Shown here: positions 18,623 through 29,600 of the stretch, piece by piece
Position numbering within the stretch: the stretch's first letter is position 1
Layout of the letters: each line of letters opens with the position of its first letter
Assembly (NCBI GenBank): GCA_050248855.1
Contig: JBFWRP010000002.1
Span: 128,001-192,000, forward strand
From: Planctomycetota bacterium
Lineage (GTDB): Bacteria; Planctomycetota; PLA2; JAEUHO01
Length of the DNA stretch: 64,000 bases
Direction of reading: 5' to 3'
Position numbers and translations under genes: made by a program
The notes under the pieces: generated by a model
Seen by the model: only the letters and a program-made list of their open reading frames with translations
What the model was told of the DNA's origin: nothing
The model's database searches: none

Positions 18623-18709
18623 AGGCGATCTCCGTTCGCCGTGCAGGGTGGCACATCGGGGTGGCCGGGGCCAGAGCCCGCTCGCCCTCGCGGCTGTGCA
18701 CCCCCGGGA

Positions 18710-20992
18710 TCAGGGTCCCTGGAGCTTGCCTTGGGTCTTCAGGTGCTCGAGAAGCGTCAGTAGGGCCTTGGGGGCATTCGTGGGCGCCGGGGCGCCGGCT
18801 TGGTCGACCTGGTTGAGGCCGTGGCACGAGGTGCAGACGCGCACTTCGCCCGGCTGGAACGTCACCCAGTAGCGCTCTTGCACCACCGGCGTGCCCGCAT
18901 CGTCCACGAGCTGCCACGACACGGCGCGGCGGGCGGGAACGAGCGCCGCCATCGAGCCGTCGTCGGCGATCTCGACGCTGCCCTCGGGGGCGTTGGCGTC
19001 GGCCGGCGGGGGATGGTCGACGGCGGGGTCGTGGAGGAATCGCGCCAGGACCCGCCGGCCGGGACGCGGCGTGCCCTGGTTCATGCCGATCCCCCGGATC
19101 ATGTCGCCCTGCACGATCTGCAGGTACGAGACGTCGTACACCTTGCCGCCGGCCCCGAGGGTGGCGTGGGGGGTGCCCGTCACCTGCAGGTTGAACGGCT
19201 GCTGGCGGTCGATGCGGTCGCGCGTCGTCACGTCGCGGCTGACGATCAGGGCCAGGTCGTTGTCCTCGAGGAACGCCTTGAGCGTCTGCACCGTGATGCC
19301 TGCGTCGGCGAGCATCTCCGCCTCGGGCGCGGGCAGTGCCCCCTCCGCCGTGTACGGCGGCACGGGGCGCGCCACCACCTCGACGGGATCCAGCTCCCAC
19401 AGCGTGCCTGACCACGTGGCGTGCACGTCGGGCGTCCACCATGACACCGAGGCGTCGATGCCTGACGTCAGCGGTGCCCCGGCCACGAACAGGTCGCCGC
19501 TGGGCACCAGGTGCTTGAGGCGGAACGTGTAGCGCGAGGTGGGGGAGGCCGTGGTGCCGTCGTTGGCGTCCTGCCCGCGGTAGGGGCTGTGGGCGGCGAG
19601 CAGCGACCCGTCCGCCAGGGCGATCGGGTTGCGGTAGCGTCCCGAGTGGTTCGGCGTCACGGTGTCCCCCGCCGTGTCGGGGTGGGTGATGTCCGCGATC
19701 GTCACCGCGTCGGCGTTCGTGCCCACGGCGGCCGACAGGCGCATGACGCGGCCCGAGGCGTGGAAGCCGAACTCGGGGCCGTCCACGCCCAGGTAGGTGC
19801 CCGGCTGCGACGGGTCTTCGCGGATCTGGAAGAAGCCCTGCGTGTAGCGCACGTCGTTGGCCGTGTGCGGGTTGATGCCGACGAACTCCACGAGGTTCGG
19901 GTCGTCGTCGAAGCTGCGGTCGATGTAGCCCGCGAGCTCCTGACGGCCGGCGTGATTGAGCGTCTCCTCGTCCGTGCCGTCCTGGTGGATCGCCCACGGC
20001 TGCATCAGGTTGAAGGCGATGCCCCGGAGGTTGGGCGCCCAGCCCGCGAGATCGCCGCTGTAGCCCGGGTTGTCGTCGACGAACGAGATCCAGCCGCTGC
20101 GCGGATGCGGGAAGACCTCCGTGGTGGTGGTCAGGGCCGCCGCGCCGGCGCTCTCGTCGGCGTAGTCGAACGTGCCGTAGGTCGCCGCGCCCTGGCGGTC
20201 CGCATCGGCCTGCTGGTCACGCAGCAAGTGGTCCCAGCGCACGAAGACCACGCGCCCCGCGCTGTCCACGCTCGGCGAGAACGAGCCGCTTGGCGAGTGC
20301 TGCAGGAGGAACAGGTCGCCCGTGGCAGGATCGAGGCTGTACAGGCCCACCACGACGGGAGCCGACTCGTACTCGTCGCGCTGCGGGTAGAGGTGCGCCG
20401 CGCCGTTGTGCGGGCGGTCCGACGTGAACAGGATCCGCCCGTCGCTCCCGTAGCAGGGGCTCACGTTGTTGTAGGCAGGCTGGTGGGCGACCTTGGTGAT
20501 GACGGCCGTCTGGCCGGCGCCGAAACCGCTGACCTCGTACAGCTGCCAGTGGAACGTGGCCACCTGGTACTGCTGCGTCGGAGCGCCGACGACCATCGCG
20601 AACACGGCCTTCGTCCCGCTCCAGTGCACGCAGGGCTCGCGAACGGCGATCGCGTTCGCGCCCTGCTGGCCGGACTCGCCGTAGCCGGCCTCGGCCGTGA
20701 GGTTGCGCAGCGTCCCGTCCGCCTGGCGCAGCATGAGACCGCCACCGCGCGGGCAGGCCTCCATGCTCGGCACGTGGTTGCCGAACGTCTCGACGATGGT
20801 GCCGAACCCACCTGCGACGGGCACTTGGGTCACGAAGAGGATCGGGTTGGCCGTCGGGGGACCGCCGAGCGGCGGGCTTTCCCCTGTCCCCGGTCCATCG
20901 CTGCCGCCGCAGGCGGCGAGGGCCAGCGCGGCCGAGACCAACAACGAGCGCAGCGTGCGAGGAGGCAAGCCGATCCCCCGGTCCACCGACAC
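18710..20992 (-). CDS. Lipoprotein with TolB-like propeller, HzsA-like middle domain and C-terminal c-type heme motif
   Basis: Lipobox LAAC, SPCYGSDGRILFTSDR, and C-terminal WVTFQPGEVRVCTSCHG (CxxCH), typical of hydrazine synthase alpha-like proteins. Confidence 0.82.
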   Translation of the reverse strand: MSVDRGIGLPPRTLRSLLVSAALALAACGGSDGPGTGESPPLGGPPTANPILFVTQVPVAGGFGTIVETFGNHVPSMEACPRGGGLMLRQADGTLRNLTAEAGYGESGQQGANAIAVREPCVHWSGTKAVFAMVVGAPTQQYQVATFHWQLYEVSGFGAGQTAVITKVAHQPAYNNVSPCYGSDGRILFTSDRPHNGAAHLYPQRDEYESAPVVVGLYSLDPATGDLFLLQHSPSGSFSPSVDSAGRVVFVRWDHLLRDQQADADRQGAATYGTFDYADESAGAAALTTTTEVFPHPRSGWISFVDDNPGYSGDLAGWAPNLRGIAFNLMQPWAIHQDGTDEETLNHAGRQELAGYIDRSFDDDPNLVEFVGINPHTANDVRYTQGFFQIREDPSQPGTYLGVDGPEFGFHASGRVMRLSAAVGTNADAVTIADITHPDTAGDTVTPNHSGRYRNPIALADGSLLAAHSPYRGQDANDGTTASPTSRYTFRLKHLVPSGDLFVAGAPLTSGIDASVSWWTPDVHATWSGTLWELDPVEVVARPVPPYTAEGALPAPEAEMLADAGITVQTLKAFLEDNDLALIVSRDVTTRDRIDRQQPFNLQVTGTPHATLGAGGKVYDVSYLQIVQGDMIRGIGMNQGTPRPGRRVLARFLHDPAVDHPPPADANAPEGSVEIADDGSMAALVPARRAVSWQLVDDAGTPVVQERYWVTFQPGEVRVCTSCHGLNQVDQAGAPAPTNAPKALLTLLEHLKTQGKLQGP

Positions 20993-21041
20993 CTCTTCTC
21001 GACCGGATGCGGCCTGGATCTTGAGCCGACGCGGAGACGGC

Positions 21042-22754
21042 TCAGGGAGCTTCGACGCGGATGCCCTCGGCCCCGGCGAAGTCGCGCTCGACGGAGCGCG
21101 CCTCGTAGCTCCAGTACTCGTGGCCCTTCTTGAACTCGGGCAGGGTGGCCACGGGGGACAAGACGTGACGACGGATGCCGGTGTAGGCCTTGTAGAGGCG
21201 GTCGACCCGCTTGAGCGTCGTGGGTCCCAGCGAGGCGTCGGCGAGGAGCTTGGGGGCGTGCTCGCGCACGTCGACGAGCAGGTAGCCGTCCATCCGCATC
21301 ATCAGCTCGTCGACATGCGATTGGGCGACATTGAGCCCGACCGCGGCCTCCTGCCCGGCGGCCACCGCGGACTGCATGGCGGTGAGGTAGATCGTGCTGG
21401 CCGTGTCGTAGCCCTTGAGCGCCATGAGCAGGCTGCGCGCGATCACGGCCAGCCGATGGCGTGACCCCAACCGGGCGCGCTCGGCTTCATCCACGGTCTT
21501 CGCGCGGGCCAGCGAGTCCTTCAGAAGGCCCAACGGGATGCAGAAGCCGAGGCCGTCCTTGGTCATGTCCTTGAGCGTGACCACGCCGATGACCTGGCCC
21601 ATCTCGTCGAAGACCGGTCCCCCGCTGTTGCCCGGGTTCACCGCCACGTCCATCTGCCAGTAGTCCTGGCCTTCGACCTGCACCTGCGTGCTCAACAGCC
21701 CTCGCGCCAGCGCGTTCTGCAGGATCTGCCCGTCGAGTGCGCCCGGACTGCCGATGACGGCTACCTCGGCCCCGCGCACGAACGGCTGGCGCGCCGCCAG
21801 CGCGAGCGGCGGCAAGTCGATCTGGATGTCCAGGAACGCGAGATCCAGCTCCGGGTCCACATAGCGCAGGCCCACGCCGTAGCTGCCGCGTAGCCGCTTC
21901 TCGGCGTCGGGGAACTGCAGGCGCACGTTGGCGATCAGCTCGTCCTCGATGACGTGTCGGTTGGTGGCGAGGATGCCGGGTGCCACGAGGAAGCCCGAGC
22001 CCGACCCACGGCGACCCTGCACGACGGCCACCGAAGGTGACGCGCGTTCGGCCAGCTGCTTCATCGAGAGCTTCTGCGGCGGGCTCGGTGCAGGCGGCGG
22101 CTTGGGCGTTGGCGCCGCGCCGGGGGGCGGCGCCGAGGGCGTGCTCCCTGGCGGCGCTGTCGTCGCGACAGGCGTCGGCTCGACGGGCGGGCTGGACGTC
22201 GAGCGGGTGGAGAGCACGAGACCGGCTGCCACCAACGCGAGGACGCCCACCACGAGCCCCAGCAAGACGGCCGGCTGCCGGGCCAGCTCGGCGGCCAGGC
22301 CCCGTCGCCGACCGCCTCGCTGCGGCGCGCTGCGTCCACGTCCCGCGTGCCGCATGGCCGCCCGTGTGGTGGCCGCCCGTGTGGTGGCCGCCCGTGTGGT
22401 CGGCACTGGCGTCGGTGCCGGAGGAGGAGGTGCGGGAGGCGGGGCGTCGAGCAAGCCACGAACGAGCCGCGCGGGCGTCCACGGGCCCGAGGTGCCACGC
22501 CGCACCAACATCTCCGGGGTGATGCGGCCCTCGTGGACGAACTGGCGCAGCTCGTCGGGTTCGAAGGGGCCCAGCTCGTGGGAGCCGACCTGCAAGCGCC
22601 AGACGGCGCTGGCCGAGGGCTTGGGCGCAACGTCCGCGGGCCAGAGCAGGAAGTGCTTGCCGCAGCGCGCGCAGAGGCGCTGGCGCCCGAGCTCGGCTGG
22701 CTGCGCCGTGCCTCGTTGGCCACACGTGCATTGCACGGGCACCGCTGCGGACAT
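21042..22754 (-). CDS. Membrane-anchored trypsin-like (S1C/HtrA-like) serine protease with Zn-ribbon and GYF_2-like N-terminus
   Basis: CTCG...CARC, LGPF...GRITP..LV..W, TM helix, and catalytic triad motifs TNRHV / DLAFL / NPGNSGGP. Confidence 0.88.
   Translation of the reverse strand: MSAAVPVQCTCGQRGTAQPAELGRQRLCARCGKHFLLWPADVAPKPSASAVWRLQVGSHELGPFEPDELRQFVHEGRITPEMLVRRGTSGPWTPARLVRGLLDAPPPAPPPPAPTPVPTTRAATTRAATTRAAMRHAGRGRSAPQRGGRRRGLAAELARQPAVLLGLVVGVLALVAAGLVLSTRSTSSPPVEPTPVATTAPPGSTPSAPPPGAAPTPKPPPAPSPPQKLSMKQLAERASPSVAVVQGRRGSGSGFLVAPGILATNRHVIEDELIANVRLQFPDAEKRLRGSYGVGLRYVDPELDLAFLDIQIDLPPLALAARQPFVRGAEVAVIGSPGALDGQILQNALARGLLSTQVQVEGQDYWQMDVAVNPGNSGGPVFDEMGQVIGVVTLKDMTKDGLGFCIPLGLLKDSLARAKTVDEAERARLGSRHRLAVIARSLLMALKGYDTASTIYLTAMQSAVAAGQEAAVGLNVAQSHVDELMMRMDGYLLVDVREHAPKLLADASLGPTTLKRVDRLYKAYTGIRRHVLSPVATLPEFKKGHEYWSYEARSVERDFAGAEGIRVEAP
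22356..22400. repeat. Coding tandem repeat, 3 x 15 bp (ggccgcccgtgtggt), encoding (TTRAA)3
   Basis: Three exact adjacent copies in the protease linker. Confidence 0.9.
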
Positions 22755-22796
22755 CCGCGTCCTCCTCCTGACCTCGCCGCGTCGCGCCTCGGCGGC

Positions 22797-24449
22797 CTAC
22801 TCGCCCTCGATCCGGATGCCGTCGGCCTCGAGCAGCTCGCGGCCGGCGGTGTTGGCCTCGTAGGCCCAGTGTTCCTGCCTGCGGTTGTAGTTGGAAAGCG
22901 TCGTGGGCGGGTCGGCGAGGTGGGCTCGAAGCCCCTCGTACGCCGCGTGCAGACGCTTCATGCGCCGGACCGTCAACGGGTGCAGCGACGGGCTGGCCAA
23001 CACCGTGTCGAGCTCCTCGGACATGCCGGCGGGCAGCTCTGCGTCGACCGCCTGGAGCTTGGCCTCCCGCTGCTCCTTGGCGGCGGCGAGACCCACGGCC
23101 GGCTCTTCGCCTCGGGCGATCGACTCCCGGATGGTGGCAAGCGTCTCCTGGCCCACCTCCCCGAGCGCCTTCGTGGCCCGCCAGATGCGACGAGCCAGAC
23201 GCGCAAGCCCATGGTGCACCGCGACACGTTGCCGCTCCTCCTCGGGGAGGGCCAGTGCGTGGTCGAGCGCGCTCTTGATCGAGCTCAAGGGAATGAACAC
23301 GCACTGCCCGCTCTCGGCGGCGGCCACGCACGTCACCATCCCGATGGCGTCGCCGCTCGTGTCCAGCACCGGGCAGCCCGAGCACGGGGAGTCGGCGGGG
23401 ATCTCGATCAGGTTGTGGGGCCGGCCTGCCACCAAGACGCGCGCGCGGCAGGCGCCCTTCGTGAGCAAGGGCGGACCTGCGGCCACGTCCGCGTCCGGCG
23501 GATAGGCGAGCAGGCCGACTTCGGTCCCCGGGGCCAGCGTGACCTTCGTGGCCAGCGAGATCGGCTGGCCGTCGCCGTCGAGGTCGAGGAAGGCGAGATC
23601 GAGCTCGGGGTCGACATAGAGCAGCGTGGGGGGAGGCGCGCCCGGTCCAGCCGGTTCGAGGCGCACGTCCTCCAGGCGTTCGTCGGCCAGCATGCGACGG
23701 CTCGTGGCCACGACACCCGGCGCCACCACGAAACCGGCGGCCTGCCCGTGACGGCCCTTGACGCGCACGACGGAGGCCGCAGCGCGAGCGGTGGCCTCGT
23801 CCAGCGCGCGCGGCGGCTCGCAGGGCGTCGTGGGGCCGTCCCCCGCCGTGCCGTCCGCCGCCACGGGCAGGGGTGCGCCCTCGCCCTCCCCGCTGCCCGA
23901 GCGCAGCGCGGCCCACGCACCCAACCCCACGCCCACGATCGCCACGGCCACGACGACGGCCAGCACCGTGGTGCGGCGCGAGCGAGGGGCGGTCGCGACC
24001 GCGGCCGGGCGGGCGGAGCGCCGCCGTGTTCGGGCGCGCGTCCCGCCGGGGGGCAGCGGCGCCACGACGGGCACCGGCTCGGCGATCGGCGCGGCGACCG
24101 GCAGCGGGGCGGCGACGGGCGTGGCCACGACGGGGGCATCGCGATCGACCAAGCCGGCTTCCGCCGCGGCGATCCAAGGGTCCTCGCGGTCGCGTCGCAC
24201 CTGCGTGTCGCGCTGCACGCGGCCTTCCGCGACCAAGCGGTCGATCTCGGCCCGGTGGAACGGCCCCAGCTCGTGGTCGCCGACGCGGACGAACCAGGTG
24301 GGCGGCGCCGAGCGGCGGACGTCCTCTTCCCGCGGCCAGGCCAGGAACGAGCGTCCGCAGGCCTCGCAGATACGCGGGTGCCCGAGCTCGGTCGGGGCGA
24401 CCGAGATCAGCTCTCCACAGCGGCACTCAACCGGTACCGCGCCGGTCAT
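22797..24449 (-). CDS. Paralog of the adjacent protease, probable pseudoprotease
   Basis: Same Zn-ribbon/GYF_2/TM/trypsin layout, but TSRRM replaces TNRHV and DSPCSGCP replaces NPGNSGGP. AGGAG RBS. Confidence 0.82.
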   Translation of the reverse strand: MTGAVPVECRCGELISVAPTELGHPRICEACGRSFLAWPREEDVRRSAPPTWFVRVGDHELGPFHRAEIDRLVAEGRVQRDTQVRRDREDPWIAAAEAGLVDRDAPVVATPVAAPLPVAAPIAEPVPVVAPLPPGGTRARTRRRSARPAAVATAPRSRRTTVLAVVVAVAIVGVGLGAWAALRSGSGEGEGAPLPVAADGTAGDGPTTPCEPPRALDEATARAAASVVRVKGRHGQAAGFVVAPGVVATSRRMLADERLEDVRLEPAGPGAPPPTLLYVDPELDLAFLDLDGDGQPISLATKVTLAPGTEVGLLAYPPDADVAAGPPLLTKGACRARVLVAGRPHNLIEIPADSPCSGCPVLDTSGDAIGMVTCVAAAESGQCVFIPLSSIKSALDHALALPEEERQRVAVHHGLARLARRIWRATKALGEVGQETLATIRESIARGEEPAVGLAAAKEQREAKLQAVDAELPAGMSEELDTVLASPSLHPLTVRRMKRLHAAYEGLRAHLADPPTTLSNYNRRQEHWAYEANTAGRELLEADGIRIEGE

Positions 24450-24540
24450 GCGAGGCTCCTTCCCCGTTGCGAGCATCCGCAGCGCAGCCCCAAGATAGGG
24501 AGAAGGAGGCGGCCTGCCCAGGGGGTGGGTCAGGAGGCAC

Positions 24541-25593
24541 GTGACCGAGCAGGCCCACCCCGCCCCGCGGGCACTCCGCACCCGGCGCCTCTGGCTGCGG
24601 GCCTGGGACCCGGCCGATGCCGCGCTCCTGCGCCCCGTGCTGGACGCGTCCGACACCCATCTGAGGCCGTGGGTGCCCTTCCTGGAGGGCGAGCCGCGGA
24701 CGCTCGAGGCCACCCGTGAGCGCCTCGCCGGGTTTCGGCAGGCCTTCGAGGCCGGCAGGCAGCTGGTCTACGGGATCTTCACGCCCGACGGCTCGCGCGT
24801 CCTGGGCGAGGCCATGCTGTTCGGCGATCCGCCCGTCCGCGAGCTCGGCTTCTGGACGGCCGTGGACGCGGGACGCCAGGGCTACGCGCTCGAGGCCACG
24901 CAGGCGCTCCTCGACCTGGCCCGGGGCCTCTTGCCGACACGCCAGGTGCACTTGCGCTGCGCGCCCGGGAACGTGGCCTGCCAGGCGCTCGCGCGGCGGC
25001 TGGGCTTCGCCCACCGCACGACGAGCAGCGACGGGTTCGTGAACGCGCTCGGCCAAGAGCAGGACACGATGCACTGGGACCTCGCCGTCACGAGCCGCAC
25101 GCGCGAGGAGCGGGCGGGCGACGCGGACGCCGTCCGCCGCGTCGAGGAGGCGGCCTTCGAGGCCCCGGGTGAGGCGCGTCTGGTCGATCGCCTTCGCGGC
25201 GAGCCGGGCGTGGTCAGCGTGGTCGCCGAGCGCGCGGGCGAGGTCGTGGGCCATGTGCTGCTGTCGCCGGTGCTCGTGGAAGGTGCCGGGCCGCGTCGTG
25301 CGCTGGCGCTCGGGCCGATGGCCGTCCGTCCGGACCACCAGCGCGCTGGCCTCGGACGCGCGCTCGTCCGCCACGCCCTCGTGGCAGCGGAACGCGCGCA
25401 CGCCGACGTGGTGGTGGTGCTGGGCCACCCCGACTACTACCCGCGCTTTGGCTTCCGTCCGGCCCGCGGCCTGGGACTGCTCACGACCTACGACGTGCCC
25501 GACGACGTGTTCCTCGCGCTGCCGCTTTGCAGCGAGGCGACCGTGCCACGCGGGCTCGTGCACTACCACCCGGCCTTCGCCGATCTCGCATGA
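24541..25593 (+). CDS. Tandem GNAT acetyltransferase (RimJ/RimL-like + YhbS-like domains)
   Basis: N-domain LRTRRLWLR...RQGYALEA...NVACQALARRLGF and C-domain LGPMAVRPDHQRAGLG...VLGHPDYYPRFGF. Confidence 0.88.
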   Translation: MTEQAHPAPRALRTRRLWLRAWDPADAALLRPVLDASDTHLRPWVPFLEGEPRTLEATRERLAGFRQAFEAGRQLVYGIFTPDGSRVLGEAMLFGDPPVRELGFWTAVDAGRQGYALEATQALLDLARGLLPTRQVHLRCAPGNVACQALARRLGFAHRTTSSDGFVNALGQEQDTMHWDLAVTSRTREERAGDADAVRRVEEAAFEAPGEARLVDRLRGEPGVVSVVAERAGEVVGHVLLSPVLVEGAGPRRALALGPMAVRPDHQRAGLGRALVRHALVAAERAHADVVVVLGHPDYYPRFGFRPARGLGLLTTYDVPDDVFLALPLCSEATVPRGLVHYHPAFADLA

Positions 25594-25640
25594 CCGTGTC
25601 GTCGCACCGGCGACCCGCCGTGGGCGCCTACCTTGGGCGC

Positions 25641-26495
25641 ATGCGCCCTTGGACCGCAGCCGGCCTTCTCGTCGTGGTGCTCGTCGACACGGTGTACGCC
25701 GTGCGCGCTGCGCGCTCGGAGGAGGGCCGCGACGCCAAGCCCACCGCCGCCACCCTGCGCATCGTCACGCTCAACGTGTGGGGTGTTCCGGGTGCGAAGG
25801 ACGCGGACGCGCGCTTGGCGCGCCTGCCCGCCGCGCTGAAGGCGCTGGACGCCGATGTCCTCTGCCTGCAGGAGGTATGGCTCAAGAGCTGGCGCACCCG
25901 CATCGCGCAGGCCCTGGCGCCGACGTACGTGGCCGCCGACGCCATCGGCGGCGGCCTCGTGGTGCTCTCGCGTCTACCGCTGCGGGACGCCTCGTTCACG
26001 CGGTTCCCCGAGCTCGAAGGGCTCTCGTTGGTCGAACGCCTGGCGGCGAAGGGCTGGCTGGAGGTCGTGGCCACGACGCCAGCGGGCGACGTACGCATCG
26101 TGACGACCCACCTCGCCCACCGCGGGCCCGCCGAAGAGCAGCTTGCGGTCCTCGTGGAGTCCCTGCGAGGACGGCAGGCTCTGCCGACGCTCCTGGCGGG
26201 CGACTTCAACCTCGCGCCGGACGACGACGCCATCGAGGACCTCCTGGCCTCCGGGTGGCGGGCCGCCTGCCCGGTCCGGACGCGCGCCGACGGATCGCCC
26301 GACCTGGGCCCCTACACGCGAGTGGGCTGGCCCCGCGTGGCGGGCGAGCCGCGGCGTGGCTGGCGGCCCGACCACGTGTTCGCGCGCGGGCTCGAGGTGG
26401 TCGACCACGCACTGGCCCTGGATGGCGTGGAGACCGCCCTCTCCGACCACAACGCCGTGCAGGTCACGCTGCGCCTGGCGCGCACGCCCCGGTAG
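25641..26495 (+). CDS. Endonuclease/exonuclease/phosphatase (EEP) family protein
   Basis: Motifs TLNV, DVLCLQEV, THL, AGDFN, PDHVF and SDH. Alternative start ATG 25590. Confidence 0.88.
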   Translation: MRPWTAAGLLVVVLVDTVYAVRAARSEEGRDAKPTAATLRIVTLNVWGVPGAKDADARLARLPAALKALDADVLCLQEVWLKSWRTRIAQALAPTYVAADAIGGGLVVLSRLPLRDASFTRFPELEGLSLVERLAAKGWLEVVATTPAGDVRIVTTHLAHRGPAEEQLAVLVESLRGRQALPTLLAGDFNLAPDDDAIEDLLASGWRAACPVRTRADGSPDLGPYTRVGWPRVAGEPRRGWRPDHVFARGLEVVDHALALDGVETALSDHNAVQVTLRLARTPR

Positions 26496-26603
26496 GCAGG
26501 GGCCTCCACTGCGCCCTTGCGCCGAGGGACGCGCCTGACCGACCATGGGCCGGGACCGTCGGTCCTCCGCCGGGGGGGCGGTGGAGCGGCGGGCAGCGGT
26601 GGC

Positions 26604-29600
26604 TTGACGACCAGCGCACATCGGTGGCGGCGGGTACCCCAGGCGGCAGCCCTTGCCGTCGGCCTCCTCGTCGCGACGGCGAGCCACGCACGCGACGCCG
26701 CGCCACGCGAACGCGCACGTCTCGTGGTGCATGCGGCCTTCGAGGCGTCGGCCAACGCTGCCGTGTCTCGCGACGGCCGGCTCTTCGCGATGACGGCGAA
26801 CGGCGGCCCCGTCGAGATCTACGAGACGTTCAGCGGGCTCCTGCTGCAGAGCGTGCCCGTCGACAAGCAGTCCGACTTCCGTCTCGTCGCCTTTGCGCCG
26901 GGGGGCGATGTGCTCGCCGTGGCGGGCGGCCCCGATGCGCCCGGCCTCCTCGACGTGCGTCGCGGCACCTGGCTGCGACGCTTCGATCGTGTCCCGGTGC
27001 CGGCCACCGCCGTGGCCACGAGCGACGGCGGGGCTTGGTTGGCGGTGGGTGACGAGCAGGGTCGCATCCACCTGTTCGGGCGCGGGTCCGAGCCGCGCGC
27101 CACCATGGAGGCGCACGCGGGGCCCGTTCGGAGCTTGGCGATCTCCGCCGACGGGAAGGTGATCTGGAGCCTGGGCGAGGACGGTCGCGTCCGCCGGTGG
27201 ACCCAGCGCGGCCGCACGCGGGGACGCGGGACCGACCTGGGCGCGCCCGGCGTGGCCCTGGCCTCCACGGCGGATGCCGAGCACGTAGCGGCGCTCACCG
27301 CGGACGGTCGCGTGCACGTGCCGCCGAAGGATGGAACGACGTGGGATGTCCTGCCCGCTGCGCCCGCGACCGTGCGGGCCCTGGGCCTGGACGCCACCGG
27401 CGACGGTGTCACGCTGCTGACCGCGGACGGTCGCCTCTGGCGGCAGGGCCGGTCCGGCGGGCCGGCCCCCCTCGCTACGACCTCCGCGACCTACGACGCC
27501 AGCCAGGGGGTCGTGGCGGGGGACGGTGCCGTCGCCGTGCTCCGCACGGCGGACGCCTTCGTCCTCCGTCGCAGCGGCGCATCGCCGCGCGACCACCCGC
27601 TCGGCGCACCCGCCCGCCGGCCCGAGCAAGCGTGGTTCTCGCCGGGCGGCACGCTCTTGCTGCGTCTGGTCCAAAGCCCTGCGGAGCTGCGGCGCCTCGA
27701 GCTCTACGATCTCGCTACGGGCTTGCCGCTGGAGGGCGCCTACACGACCGAGCCCCTCGCGGGCGCTGCGGTGGCCCCCGACGACCGACGCCTCGCGGTC
27801 CTCGGCGCCGGCGACTCCAGCTCCGTACGCATCGTCGATCCAAGGACCGGTGCCACGCTCGTCAGCGTCGCGGCGACGGCGCCCGTCGACGGGACTGCCC
27901 TGTTCACGCCCGATGGCCAGCGCCTCCTCGTTGCCCTTCGCGATGGCTCCGTGGAGGTCCGGCGTGCGGACGACGGACGCTTGGAGCGCACCCTCCGTGC
28001 GGCGGGCGCCGAGCTGATGGGGCTGGACATCGATCCGGCGGGGCGCCATGTGCTGCGGGTCACCACGGACTTCGTGGTCACGGTGCACGACCTCGTGACC
28101 GGTGCCTGCGCCTACGAACACACCTACCCCGCCCAGCTGCGGACGGGGCGCTTCGTGGCGGACACGAAGCGCTACGTGATCCGCCGGCACGTCCCGGCCG
28201 TCGGCGTGGCCCCGTGGGCGTCCGGTGCGAAGCCGAAGCCACCCGTCGAGATCCCGGCGAACACCACGGACGAAGATGGAAGCCGGGCGGCCATCGAGAC
28301 GTTCGACGTGACGCGGGACGGTGCGTACGTGGCGGTCGCGGGGACGGACCGTCGCGCGCGCGTGTTCGACATCGCCACGGGACGCCTGCTCCAGACGTTC
28401 TCGCCGCACCGAGGCGTGGTCCGGCACGTCGCGTTCTCGCCCGACGGGACGCTGCTCGTGACGAGCGCGCCGTCGGACGGCACGAGCCGCCTCCACGACG
28501 TGGCCTCCGGGCGCCTGCTTGCCGTGATCGGGAGCGCCCCCGCGGACGGCCCGGTCGTGGATGGTGTCGTGCGCGGTGGTCGCGTGGCGTGGTACGTGGT
28601 CGACGACGAGGGGTGGATCGACGGCGCCCGCTTCGAGGCGTTGGGGGCCGTGGGCTGGAGCGATGGCGAACGCGGCTGGCGACTGGACGCGCTCGCCGCC
28701 GAGCGGCACGAGCCCGGGCTGCTCGCACGCGTGATCGCTCGGCGTCCGGCGCCCCGGCGGGCCCCAGGCGGCGCGGGCCCGCTGCCGCTGCCGCCCGTGG
28801 TGCACGTGGCACAGCCCGATCCGTCCATCGCCCGCGTCGACATCACGGTCGAGAACGGCGGCGGGGGCATCGGTGCCGTGCGCGTGGCCCTCAACGGTCG
28901 CGAAGTCGTGCGGGACGCACGCGGCGCGTCCTTCGCGCCGGACAGCGCGGTGGCCGACCTCACCGTGGACCTGTCCGGCGCCGCGAACCTGCTGCCCGGC
29001 GCCACGAACACGCTCGACGTGACCGCGTTCGACGCCACGAACCAGGTGCGCACACGCGGGCCCGCCGTGACGTTCCGGGCGCCCGGAAGCCCGCTGGCGG
29101 CCCCGGCGTTCCACGCCGTCGTGTGCGGCGTCAGCGACTACGCGGGCGAAGCGCTCGACCTCAAGTACCCGGCCAAGGACGCGCGCGACTTCGCGGCGGC
29201 GCTCGAGCTGGCGGCCACGGAGCTCTTCGGGAAGGGCGCGACGCACGTGCGCCGCCTGGGCGCACCCGCCGACGAGGGCGCCACGTTGGCCACGCGGGAG
29301 AACCTCCTCGCCGCCCTGCAGGACGTGGCCCGGGGGAGCAAGGCCAACGACACGGTGGTCGTGTACCTCGCCGGGCACGGCGTCTCGCCGGCGGGCGCGG
29401 CGGACAGCTACTGCTACCTGACCGCGGGAGCTTCCGGCGAGGGCGACGCGAAGGAGGCCCTACCGGGCAGCGAGCTCGTCCAGGCGCTCGCCGCCATCCC
29501 CGCCAACCGTCGCGCCGTGATCCTCGACACCTGCGCTGCCGGCGCCGTGCGAGATGCCCTCGGAGCGGGCGCGCTGGGAGCCTCCGAGGCCGTGCGCCTG

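Noticed and set aside
18710..20992. Anammox hydrazine synthase
   Set aside because: Only an HzsA-like lipoprotein with one heme motif is present. There is no hzsB/hzsC cluster in the window.
22356..22400. Phase-variation tract
   Set aside because: The 15-bp unit preserves the frame and lies in a low-complexity linker, so copy-number change would only alter linker length.
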